From positions 1,600,001-1,664,000 of the forward strand of contig OZ218778.1 in NCBI GenBank assembly GCA_965112635.1: a DNA stretch of 64,000 nt, in the 5' to 3' direction. The notes beneath the pieces were generated by a model that was not told where the DNA came from, ran no database searches, and saw only the letters and a list, made by a program, of their open reading frames with translations. This stretch comes from an uncultured bacterium (GTDB taxonomy: Bacteria; Oederibacteriota; Oederibacteriia; Oederibacteriales; Oederibacteriaceae). Shown here piece after piece: positions 9,697-18,567 of this stretch. Made by a program: the position numbers and the translations under genes. The stretch's first letter is position 1; the number at the start of each line of letters is the position of its first letter.

Positions 9697-9963
9697 ATGA
9701 ATGAGAAAACTATGCCTTTAAATGGCACTCTTAAAAATATCACGAATGAGATAACGGGCGAACCGAATCGTCAAGTTATTGGAGATAAGATCTCAATAGA
9801 AGAATGTACTAAGAGGTTAAGTTTAGCGCAATGCCGAGAATTAATCGGAAATAAATCAATAACAGACTCAGAACTGGAAATGATGCGGGACCAACTTTAT
9901 GCTTTAGCTAATATTGCAATCGATGAGTTCTTGAAAATAAATAAGGAGAAGGTGACTCAATGA
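9697..9963 (+). CDS. Small protein coupled to the recombinase (candidate directionality factor)
   Basis: ATGA overlap with recombinase start. Confidence 0.55.
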   Translation: MNEKTMPLNGTLKNITNEITGEPNRQVIGDKISIEECTKRLSLAQCRELIGNKSITDSELEMMRDQLYALANIAIDEFLKINKEKVTQ

Positions 9964-11477
9964 ACGCTGTGATTTACTGTCGGGTTTCCACGAAAGAACA
10001 GGTTCAAAATTATAGTCTACCCACTCAAAAGAAAGCTTGCATTGAGTACTGTCAGAGAAATGGGTTTGAGGTTAATCAAATATTTGTTGATGAAGGAGAA
10101 TCTGCAAAGACAACAGACAGGACAGAGTTTCAGAAATTGTTGGCTTATTGCCGCCAAAATAAGGGTAAAGTTCAATATGTTGTAGTTTATGCTGTAAATC
10201 GATTTTCAAGGAATCAATATGACCATTATGCTATTAAAGCTTTACTTAGTGGATTAGGGGTGTCCCTTCGTTCAGTTACGGAGGCAATTGATGATTCGTC
10301 GACGGGTATATTGCTAGAAGGATTTATGGCTACTCTAGCCCATTGGGATAACAAACAGAAAGCAGAACGGACTATTGTTGGGATGAAATCAGCAATTCAG
10401 TCAGGGAATTGGCCTTTTAAAGCTCCTCTTGGTTATAAGCAGGTAAAAGGCCAGGACGGTCGTTCTGTTCCTATCATAGACCGGGAAAGAGGCCCCTTAG
10501 TTGCTAAGGCTTTCGATCTTTATTCCACGGGAATATATTCGGCCAGAAGTGTTTTAAAAATGGTTACAGATTTAGGTCTTTGTACCAATAAAGGGAATAA
10601 AGTTAGTCTTCAAACATTCACTTTTACGCTAAGGAATCCCTTTTATAGTGGGATGCTTTTTGTGAAAGGTTGGAGTCAGGAACAAAAAGGAAATTTTGAG
10701 GCTCTAGTGTCTCAAGAAACCTTTAATAAAGTTCAAGCGCTTTTGAGCGGTAAAAAAGTGTCTTTAGCGCCATATATGAGAAATAATCCAGATTTTCCGC
10801 TACGTCTTTTTACCTTATGTGGTAACTGTGGCAAACCCTTGACTGGAAGTTGGAATAAAGGCAGAACGAAGCGGTATCCTTATTACCATTGTCCAAACTT
10901 AGAGTGCAGAAAGGTGTATGTTCCAAAAGAGAAGTTTGAGAATCAGTTTTTAGAGTACATAAATAAATATAGGCCCAATACAACTTATTTAAAACTTTTT
11001 AAGAAAATTGTTTTAGATGTCTGGAAAGATAAGGCAAAACAATATCAAGAAACTAAAAAGACTTTTGAGGGTAAGTTGCAAAAACTGAGTGAAGATAAGC
11101 AAAAATTGATCAATACTTTTATTTATTTGCAGGCAATAGATAAAAAGACATATGATGAACAAGTAGATAAATTAAACGAGCAGATAGCCTCTGCTGAGCT
11201 TGACCTGAATGATAACTGGGTTCAGGAACTCAATGCAGAGGCGGCATTGAATTTTGCTGAATATGTTTTATTAAATCCTGGAAGACTATGGAAAGAATTC
11301 GATTTGTCTCAAAAACAAAGACTTCAGCGGGTTTTATTTCCAGAAAGAATCAGTTACCTGAATGGGACATTTGGAACCACTAAAGCGCCTATAATTTACA
11401 GTCTTTTTGAAACAAATCAAACCGAAAAATCAAGATTGGCGTCCCCAACGGGATTCGAACCCGTGTCGCTACCGTGA
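9960..11477 (+). CDS. Large serine recombinase (integrase)
   Basis: YCRVST catalytic motif, NRFSR, recombinase domain, zinc ribbon CGNC/CPNLEC, coiled coil; last codons overlap tRNA-Glu antisense. Confidence 0.93.
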   Translation: MNAVIYCRVSTKEQVQNYSLPTQKKACIEYCQRNGFEVNQIFVDEGESAKTTDRTEFQKLLAYCRQNKGKVQYVVVYAVNRFSRNQYDHYAIKALLSGLGVSLRSVTEAIDDSSTGILLEGFMATLAHWDNKQKAERTIVGMKSAIQSGNWPFKAPLGYKQVKGQDGRSVPIIDRERGPLVAKAFDLYSTGIYSARSVLKMVTDLGLCTNKGNKVSLQTFTFTLRNPFYSGMLFVKGWSQEQKGNFEALVSQETFNKVQALLSGKKVSLAPYMRNNPDFPLRLFTLCGNCGKPLTGSWNKGRTKRYPYYHCPNLECRKVYVPKEKFENQFLEYINKYRPNTTYLKLFKKIVLDVWKDKAKQYQETKKTFEGKLQKLSEDKQKLINTFIYLQAIDKKTYDEQVDKLNEQIASAELDLNDNWVQELNAEAALNFAEYVLLNPGRLWKEFDLSQKQRLQRVLFPERISYLNGTFGTTKAPIIYSLFETNQTEKSRLASPTGFEPVSLP

Positions 11478-11511
11478 AAGGGTAGTGACCTAACCACTAG
11501 TCGATGGGGAC
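11437..11511 (-). tRNA. tRNA-Glu (TTC)
   Basis: Minus strand GTCCCCA...CTACC-CTTTCAC-GGTAG...GGTTCGAATCC...TGGGGAC-G-CCA cloverleaf. Confidence 0.95.
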
Positions 11512-11729
11512 GCGGATTGACCAAAACAAGACATCATCTTAACATATCTTTCCTTTTAATTTCCGCAAAAACACACCTGTTCGACCCGCCAAAAAGGGAT
11601 TGGTATTTTAAACAAGAAGGCCTAGTCTATATTTAGAAAATTGAAATTCCGCGCATCCAGTTCTTAAAATGGGTTATAATATTTTTTGCTTTTCTAACGT
11701 CCAAAAACATACAGGGGAGAGCCGATAGG

Positions 11730-12554
11730 ATGCCTAGGATTTTTAAAGATATTGGAAAAAGTTTAATTGTTTTTTTTCTGCTTTTTATTGCTTTTTTTGC
11801 CATGTTTTATTCAATGCGCAAACCTCAAACTACCTCTCCTAATAGCTTGGAAACGACTCTGGAGGCAGAAAGCAAGCCTGCCCAGTTAACCTTGAGCACT
11901 TTAACCTCCGATGCCCTTTATTATATTAAGGATTTTTTTACATTCCGGAAAAAGGAAGAAAAAATGAGGCTGGAGAATATGGTCAAAGAATATGAACAGC
12001 AGGTCCGTGATTATGATGAGATAGTGGCCGAAAATGAAAGATTGAAAAAGATCCTTTCTTACCGAGAAAATATTTCATTCAAGGAAAGTTTTGCCAGGGT
12101 CGTCTACCGGGATCCGAGCAATTGGGTGCGCTCCTTGGTCGTGGACCAGGGCGGGGAAGAGGGCCTCATTAAAGGATTGGCTGTCTTTTCTCCAGAAGGT
12201 GTCGTGGGCAAGTTGGTTGAAATATACCCGAAAAGCGCCAGGGTGTTATTGATCACCGATCCGGGCTGCACGATCAGCGCTTATCTTAAACGCTCAAGGG
12301 TTGTGGGCACCGTGTCCGGCAGGGGGGACGGTCTTTTGGTCATGAACTATCTTTCCGGGGAGGATGACGTCCAGGTCGGCGATGTCGTGCTCACTGGAGG
12401 AGAAGGTCATGTTTTTCCGCGGGGATTATTGATCGGATATGTTGATCAAGTCAGTAAAAAGCAGGAGGGAATGTCGCTGGGGGTCGTCATCAAGCCCAGC
12501 GTGGAGTTCAATAAACTCGAGGAAGTGCTCATTTCACATCAAGTCAATGATTGA
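11730..12554 (+). CDS. mreC: Rod shape-determining protein MreC
   Basis: TM, coiled coil ENERLKKIL, GVVGK..ARVLLITD, FPRGLLIG; operon context. Confidence 0.93.
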   Translation: MPRIFKDIGKSLIVFFLLFIAFFAMFYSMRKPQTTSPNSLETTLEAESKPAQLTLSTLTSDALYYIKDFFTFRKKEEKMRLENMVKEYEQQVRDYDEIVAENERLKKILSYRENISFKESFARVVYRDPSNWVRSLVVDQGGEEGLIKGLAVFSPEGVVGKLVEIYPKSARVLLITDPGCTISAYLKRSRVVGTVSGRGDGLLVMNYLSGEDDVQVGDVVLTGGEGHVFPRGLLIGYVDQVSKKQEGMSLGVVIKPSVEFNKLEEVLISHQVND

Positions 12555-12587
12555 TGAGGCTGTTTTTAATGGGAGTATACTAAGTCT

Positions 12588-13175
12588 ATGCAAACGCTCC
12601 TTGTTCTTTTGTTTGGATGGTTATGCGTCTTAGCCCAAAGTACTTTTCTATACCCATTACGGATTAGTGGTTACGGGGTGGACCTTATCCTGGTCTGTCT
12701 GACCTATTACGGGGTTAGCGGAGGCGTGGTCAAGGGGACCTGGACGGGGTTTTGCCTGGGTTTAGTGGTCGACTCTTTTTCCGGATCTCCATTTGGTTTC
12801 CATACCGTTCTCTATAGCTGTACGGGTATGGCCGTTGGGATCATTTCCGGGTTTTTTTATTGGAAGAAATGGAGGATACAGCTGCTGGTCACCACCCTGG
12901 CCACTCTAATCCAAGCCGGTATCCTTTTGCTCTGGATCCTCGCGTTGGGATCTAAAATAAAATTGTTCCATCCGTCCTTTTCTTTCATTGGTATAGTTTG
13001 GGAGGCGATATTAAACTCGCTTGTGGCACCCATCTTTTTTGAGGTTTTCCAAAGTTCGGACAGGATCACCGAGGCTTTGTGGAGATTTATTGATGAGTTC
13101 ATAGCGAGGGTTATTCTGCATCGTTTACCACCAGTTACAAAGTATGAAAAGAAAAGAAAATCAGCGATATTTTGA
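12588..13175 (+). CDS. mreD: Rod shape-determining protein MreD
   Basis: Hydrophobic, GFCLGLVVDSFSG; between mreC and mrdA. Confidence 0.85.
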   Translation: MQTLLVLLFGWLCVLAQSTFLYPLRISGYGVDLILVCLTYYGVSGGVVKGTWTGFCLGLVVDSFSGSPFGFHTVLYSCTGMAVGIISGFFYWKKWRIQLLVTTLATLIQAGILLLWILALGSKIKLFHPSFSFIGIVWEAILNSLVAPIFFEVFQSSDRITEALWRFIDEFIARVILHRLPPVTKYEKKRKSAIF

Positions 13176-13271
13176 ATCCAAAATTCTGTAAATCAAAAGT
13201 TTAATCCAATTGCAGGCCGATAAGGAAATAAGCCGGGAGGCATGGAAAAATTATGATCAAGAAGTGTTCTG

Positions 13272-15152
13272 ATGGCCTATAAAAATGTTATTTTGCCACC
13301 GGAAAAATCTTCTTTTAGGGTCTATTTTTTTGCCGGTATAATCGGGCTTGGTTTTTTCATACTTATCCTACGGCTGGTTTATCTACAGATTGTCCAGGGT
13401 GAGAGGTACAAGTTATTAGCTAAAAATAACAGCGTGAGGCTGATCGCTTCCAGGCCTCCGCGAGGTTTGATCTTTGACCGCAATGGAAATGTACTCGTCA
13501 GCAATGTCCCCTCCTTTGACGTCTCCTTGATCCCGGTCAATATCAAAAATATGGACGAGAGTATCAACAGCCTTAGCAAACTGCTTGACCTTGACCCCGA
13601 AGAGATTTACGAAAAGGTGATCTACCAGAGCGGATGGGTCTATCTTCCGGTCGTGTTAAAGGAGAATGTAAACAGACGGATCATCGCAGGGATCGAGGAG
13701 AGGAAGGCTGAGCTGCCCGGAGTGCTGGTCCAAACGGAACCAAAACGATATTACCGTTACGGGGATATGGCAGCCCATGTTCTGGGCTATACTTCCAGGA
13801 TCACAGAATCCCAAATGGATGATCTGCGCTCAGAAGGCTATACCCCCCTGGATTATGTAGGACAAATGGGAATTGAAAAAGCCTATGAATCTTTTTTGAG
13901 AGGCGAGAGCGGGGGTTATGAAATTGAGGTAGACCATAAAGGCCGTCCCCAAAGCAAATCCCTGGTCAACCTGCCCACCCGGGAACCCCGACCGGGCAAT
14001 AATCTTATCCTGACCCTGGATGTTGACCTGCAAGAGCTCTCCGAGAATCTTTTACGCGGTTATAAGGGGTGCGTGGTGGTCATGAACCCCCAGAACGGCG
14101 AGATCCTCGTCATGGCCAGCCAACCCAGTTTTGACCTCAATCTCTTTTCCGAAGGTTTCTCTTATGCCGATTGGAAGAGGTTCAGTGAGGATCCCGCGGC
14201 CCCTCTCAATGACCGGGCCATCAACGGGCTTTACCCGCCTGGTTCCATTTTCAAGATCATCACGGCCTCCGCGGGACTGGAAGAGAAAGTGATCGACGAC
14301 AAGAGCGTATTCGACTGCAACGGCTCTTTCTGGATCAAAACCTGGTTATACCGCTGTTGGTACCGATTAGGACACCACACCTGTAATATTTACAAGGCCA
14401 TTGCCCAGTCTTGCGATATTTTCTTCTATAAATTAGGTCTTAAGTTAAAAGTGAAAAGGCTCAATCAATATGCCACGGCTTTCGGTTTAGGCCAGCCGAC
14501 CGATATTGATATCGGTGCGGAAAGCGTTGGTTTTGTGCCAAGCGCGGAATGGAAAGAACGCACGGAAAATATGCCCTGGTTCCCGGGAAACACCGTGTTG
14601 TTCTCCATCGGGCAAGGTTATGTTTTGGCCACTCCTCTCCAGGTGGCAGGAATCATCAACGCGGTCGCCATGGATGGGTTGGTCTACAAGCCCCACTTCC
14701 TCAAAGAAGTCCGCACTCCCGGAGGCCGTATCATTTACAGATCTAAACCCGAGGTTTTGAGGAAGTTAAATCTTTCGAAAACGACCCTTGATATCGTCAG
14801 GGAAGGTCTCTATGAGGTTATCAACGGTTATGGGGGAACAGGATGGAGAGCCAGGATCAGGGGATTCCCGATGTGTGGAAAAACCGGGACCTCTGAAAAT
14901 CCCCACGGAAGACCCCATGCCTGGTTCACCGCTTTTGGGCCTAGGGAAAACCCGGAGATATCTGTAACCATTTTGATCGAAAATGGGGAAGAGGGAGGTG
15001 TTACCGCCGCTCCCATGGCCAAACAGATCATCGAGCTTTATCTTCAGAAAAAGAAGGGCCTTTACAAGAAAGAGAATCCGGAAGCCGCAGCAGTGGCTAC
15101 CCCGGCGGTTGTTCCTGAGAAGCCGGTGCTCAGAAAGAAATATCACCCCTAG
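13272..15152 (+). CDS. mrdA: Penicillin-binding protein 2
   Basis: RGLIFDRNG, PGSIFK (SxxK), SCD (SxN-like), KTGT. Confidence 0.95.
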   Translation: MAYKNVILPPEKSSFRVYFFAGIIGLGFFILILRLVYLQIVQGERYKLLAKNNSVRLIASRPPRGLIFDRNGNVLVSNVPSFDVSLIPVNIKNMDESINSLSKLLDLDPEEIYEKVIYQSGWVYLPVVLKENVNRRIIAGIEERKAELPGVLVQTEPKRYYRYGDMAAHVLGYTSRITESQMDDLRSEGYTPLDYVGQMGIEKAYESFLRGESGGYEIEVDHKGRPQSKSLVNLPTREPRPGNNLILTLDVDLQELSENLLRGYKGCVVVMNPQNGEILVMASQPSFDLNLFSEGFSYADWKRFSEDPAAPLNDRAINGLYPPGSIFKIITASAGLEEKVIDDKSVFDCNGSFWIKTWLYRCWYRLGHHTCNIYKAIAQSCDIFFYKLGLKLKVKRLNQYATAFGLGQPTDIDIGAESVGFVPSAEWKERTENMPWFPGNTVLFSIGQGYVLATPLQVAGIINAVAMDGLVYKPHFLKEVRTPGGRIIYRSKPEVLRKLNLSKTTLDIVREGLYEVINGYGGTGWRARIRGFPMCGKTGTSENPHGRPHAWFTAFGPRENPEISVTILIENGEEGGVTAAPMAKQIIELYLQKKKGLYKKENPEAAAVATPAVVPEKPVLRKKYHP

Positions 15153-15213
15153 GATGGCGAGACCACTGAGGAGCGGTTGCGTTTGTAGGGGTTGAATAGG
15201 AGCGTTTACTTTA

Positions 15214-16362
15214 TTGGACCAAAGCTTGAGAAAAATTCATGCGAGCGGGTGGGAAACCCTGGTAAGAGGCCTGAGGGATCTGGATTGGATCGTTCTCGGG
15301 TGCACCTTGCTCATCCTGGTCTTTGGCCTTTTGACCCTCTACAGCGCGGCGCAATCCCCAAGCGTAAGCTACACTTACCATTCGCTTTTATGGATCAAAC
15401 AGCTGATTTGGATCCTTATAGGTTTCCTGTCAATGATATTTTTCTATTATCTGGATTTTTATTCCCTGGTGGAATACATTTACCCTCTTTATTTCATCGC
15501 GCTTGGCCTTTTGGTCCTGGTGCTGGTCTTAGGACGCACCACGATGGGGGCGCAGAGGTGGTTTAACCTGGGTTTTATGCTGTTCCAGCCTTCGGAATTG
15601 GCCAAACTAACAGTGATCCTGATGATAGGCCGATACGTGGTTGAACATCACGAACAAATGCATACTTTTAAGAATTTTGTTTTCCCATTGCTGTATGCTT
15701 TACCGCCTTTGGTTCTGATCTATTTCCAACCGGATCTAGGCACTGCTCTTCTCCTTTTGCCTTTGGCGCTGATCCTGCTTTACATCGGAGGAGCCAGGCT
15801 CAGGTATCTTGTTTCTCTGCTGATCTTGTTCTTCGCGGGCTTACCTTTTGTCTGGTTCCTCCTCAGGGATTATCAAAAAAGCAGATTGATGGCTTTTTTG
15901 CGTCCGGAAATGGACCCTCTTGGGGGCGGTTACAGCATCATCCAATCCATCATCGCGATCGGTTCCGGAGGGGTGTTTGGCAAAGGGTGGCTTATGGGCA
16001 CCCAGATCCACAGGGACTTTATTCCGCAACACCACACTGATTTTATTTTCGCTGTCATCGGAGAAGAGTTGGGGTTTGCGGGGTCTTTTGTTCTGCTCTT
16101 TCTGTTCCTTATGCTGCTCATGCAGGGGTTGAAGATCTGCAAACAGGCCAGGGAACCGCTGGGTAGAATTCTTGCCTGCGGAGTGGTGTGTTTGTTCGGC
16201 TTGCAAATCTTCATCAATATCGGGATGACGGTCGGGTTAATGCCCATCACGGGTCTACCTTTACCCTTTTTGAGCTATGGAGGTTCTTCGTTGTTGATCA
16301 ATATGAGCGCCTTAGGGATATTGCTCAATGTGAACCGAAGGACCATGCGCCGTAGAAGATAG
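15214..16362 (+). CDS. rodA: SEDS glycosyltransferase RodA
   Basis: GAQRW, FQPSELAK, QPDLGT, HTDFIF, LPFLSYGGSS. Confidence 0.95.
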   Translation: MDQSLRKIHASGWETLVRGLRDLDWIVLGCTLLILVFGLLTLYSAAQSPSVSYTYHSLLWIKQLIWILIGFLSMIFFYYLDFYSLVEYIYPLYFIALGLLVLVLVLGRTTMGAQRWFNLGFMLFQPSELAKLTVILMIGRYVVEHHEQMHTFKNFVFPLLYALPPLVLIYFQPDLGTALLLLPLALILLYIGGARLRYLVSLLILFFAGLPFVWFLLRDYQKSRLMAFLRPEMDPLGGGYSIIQSIIAIGSGGVFGKGWLMGTQIHRDFIPQHHTDFIFAVIGEELGFAGSFVLLFLFLMLLMQGLKICKQAREPLGRILACGVVCLFGLQIFINIGMTVGLMPITGLPLPFLSYGGSSLLINMSALGILLNVNRRTMRRRR

Positions 16363-16384
16363 GGCCGGGGCTAAAGAAGGGAAT

Positions 16385-18157
16385 TTATTTCTGTATGATC
16401 TGGGTGTCCCAGCGGGATTTTAAATAGTAGGCAGCCATCTTGGGCTGGCGATCCCGCGTGAAAACGCCTTTACGATTGCCGGAGATCCTGGTGATACCCT
16501 GGGGAGTGGCGAAGTCGGCTAGGTTCCAAACATGCTCGCCAATAACGAAGTCCAACTTGTCAAATGTCTCGCAGTAGGCGTATAAAAGATCCGTCTGGAA
16601 TTCCTCGGAGAACATTTGCGACGGTATGGAGTGTATCCCGGCGATAGTATCTGCGCCGAATTCCGTCATCATCAAGGGCTTGTTGTATTTATTCTTCCAG
16701 GCCAATAGGTCGCTTTGCAGGAGATCGCGCACGAGGTCTATCCTACCGGACTGGGAATACCACCCAAAATAGCGGTTCAGGCAGATTACGTCCGCGAAGC
16801 GCCCACACCCATCCTTTTCAACCTGGGTGCAAAAGGCCATGGTTACGGGACGGGTGGAATCCAGCTGGTGCATTGCGGCAAAGACCCGTTCAAAATAGGG
16901 GGCCGCGTTCGTTTCTGCGGTGTCCGGTTCGTTGGCCACGCTCCACATGACGACACAGGGATGATTCTTGTCCCTGTCATAAAATTCCCTCAACATTTTG
17001 CAGTGTTTGGTCAGGGTTGTTTCGTTGATCCGTTCCGGGCAGAAAACCGGATACTTACCCCAGCCGTTCATGCCCACCGCAGGAGCCTCATCGATGACCA
17101 GGAGCCCCAGTTTATCCGCCAACCTGAGGGTTTCTTCGGAGTAGGGGTAGTGGGATGTCCTGAATGAATTGGCACCCAGCCATTTTAAAAGATTCAGATC
17201 TTTCTGGATGCGGGGAAGACTTTGCCCGCGGCCGGATAGATGAAAATCCTCGTGGCAAGCGCAACCCTTGAGGTAGATCGATTTGTCGTTCAGCAGGAGT
17301 TTGCCGTCTTTGACCTGGACGGTCCTGATGCCAAAAGTTTCGATGTACTGGTCAACAAGATCTTCTTTTTCATCCAAAAGTTCAACTTTTAACTGGTAAA
17401 GGCAGGGGTTGTCCGGCTCCCAAAGAGTAAAAGTGTCCAAGGCAATATTGCCGTAATCATTGATCTCATCCTTAGTCGCCACCACCTCGTCTTTTTGATT
17501 AACCACGGTTATCCGACGAAGGGCCGGAGGCTTGCCGGAAATCGTCAAATTATAGGCGATGCTGGCTTTGTTGTTCTCCAAGGAAGTGCGGATGATAATA
17601 TCCATAAGAAATGTGTAGGGAGTAGTATAGAGGCATACGTCACGATGAATCCCTGAATAATTGAAAAAGTCAAAGTTGTATACCTGGGTTTGTTCGTTGG
17701 TACCCTGGATAGTCTCCATGCACCCCGGAGGGATGGAATTCCAATCCAGGACATTATCCACCCTGACCGCGACGGTGTTGGGAAACCCTGTTTTTAAATA
17801 AGGCATTATTTCGGTTTCAAAAGGCAGGCTGCCGCCTTCATGCTCAGTGACAGGATGATTATTTACCCATACTTTCGCCCGATAATGGACGGCACCGAAG
17901 CGGATCCATACTTTTTGGTCTTGCCAGTGCTGGGGGATGAAGAAGCTCCGGAAATACCATACGCTGCCGTTGTGGTCCCGTAATTGCGTATGCTGGGTCA
18001 GGTCATTAAAACTGGCGGGAACGGACATAGGCTCGGGCTCAGGCAAGCCTTTAAACCATTCTTTTTTTAACCCGATACCCTCCGTGTCAATCTGGAAATC
18101 CCAGAATCCGTTCAAAGAGTGAAGCTCGCGCTTGGCGTTTTCCTGGGGATAAAGCAT
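16385..18157 (-). CDS. uidA: Beta-glucuronidase (GH2)
   Basis: DFFNYSGIHR, FRTSHYPY, WSVANEP acid/base, TEFG nucleophile, GNRKG (NxKG) motif; ATG 18157. Confidence 0.9.
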   Translation of the reverse strand: MLYPQENAKRELHSLNGFWDFQIDTEGIGLKKEWFKGLPEPEPMSVPASFNDLTQHTQLRDHNGSVWYFRSFFIPQHWQDQKVWIRFGAVHYRAKVWVNNHPVTEHEGGSLPFETEIMPYLKTGFPNTVAVRVDNVLDWNSIPPGCMETIQGTNEQTQVYNFDFFNYSGIHRDVCLYTTPYTFLMDIIIRTSLENNKASIAYNLTISGKPPALRRITVVNQKDEVVATKDEINDYGNIALDTFTLWEPDNPCLYQLKVELLDEKEDLVDQYIETFGIRTVQVKDGKLLLNDKSIYLKGCACHEDFHLSGRGQSLPRIQKDLNLLKWLGANSFRTSHYPYSEETLRLADKLGLLVIDEAPAVGMNGWGKYPVFCPERINETTLTKHCKMLREFYDRDKNHPCVVMWSVANEPDTAETNAAPYFERVFAAMHQLDSTRPVTMAFCTQVEKDGCGRFADVICLNRYFGWYSQSGRIDLVRDLLQSDLLAWKNKYNKPLMMTEFGADTIAGIHSIPSQMFSEEFQTDLLYAYCETFDKLDFVIGEHVWNLADFATPQGITRISGNRKGVFTRDRQPKMAAYYLKSRWDTQIIQK

Positions 18158-18363
18158 GCTGGCCTCCTCAAGCCGACGGGCATTAAACAATACTCTATTT
18201 TTACCCCTTTATTTCATTAAATCAAGTGCGACCTTGATGGATGTCGAATAGGGCTGCGCGTTTCCCCTTGTAAAAATTTAAAAGGAGTGAAGTATCAAGC
18301 ACTATCTCTTAATGATGCGGCCGATATGCTACACTAAATTTTTAACCACTTATAGTGGGTCCC

Positions 18364-18541
18364 CTACGGGCGATGCCCGTAGCTCCCACAAAACATTCAG
18401 TCCGCCTCCGGCGGACTGACCAAAGGAGTATCCTCCTTTGGAATCCTCTCGGAGAGGAAGCTTTTTATTGTATTTGCGCTTATTCACCCACGGGCACATG
18501 CTAAAGCATGCGCGCTTTAGTGCGTAGCCCGTGGTTGAATA
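18364..18541. repeat. Cluster of palindromic REP-like hairpins
   Basis: ctacgggc-gat-gcccgtag; tcagtccgcc-tcc-ggcggactga; ccaaaggag-tatc-ctcctttgg; tcctctc-g-gagagga; long nested inverted repeat 18481-18541. Confidence 0.6.
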
Positions 18542-18567
18542 AGCGCTTTCCGATAAAAGGAAAAGGT

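Larger units (their letters stand above)
1..11440. mobile_element. Island 1: serine-recombinase genomic island integrated at the 3' end of tRNA-Glu (left end outside window)
   Basis: Large serine recombinase runs into the tRNA 3' end; AT-rich defence and hypothetical cargo; abrupt change to core genes after the tRNA. Confidence 0.8.

Noticed and set aside
11512-11729. mreB missing in front of mreC
   Set aside because: mreB is often encoded separately; no remnant visible, so not informative
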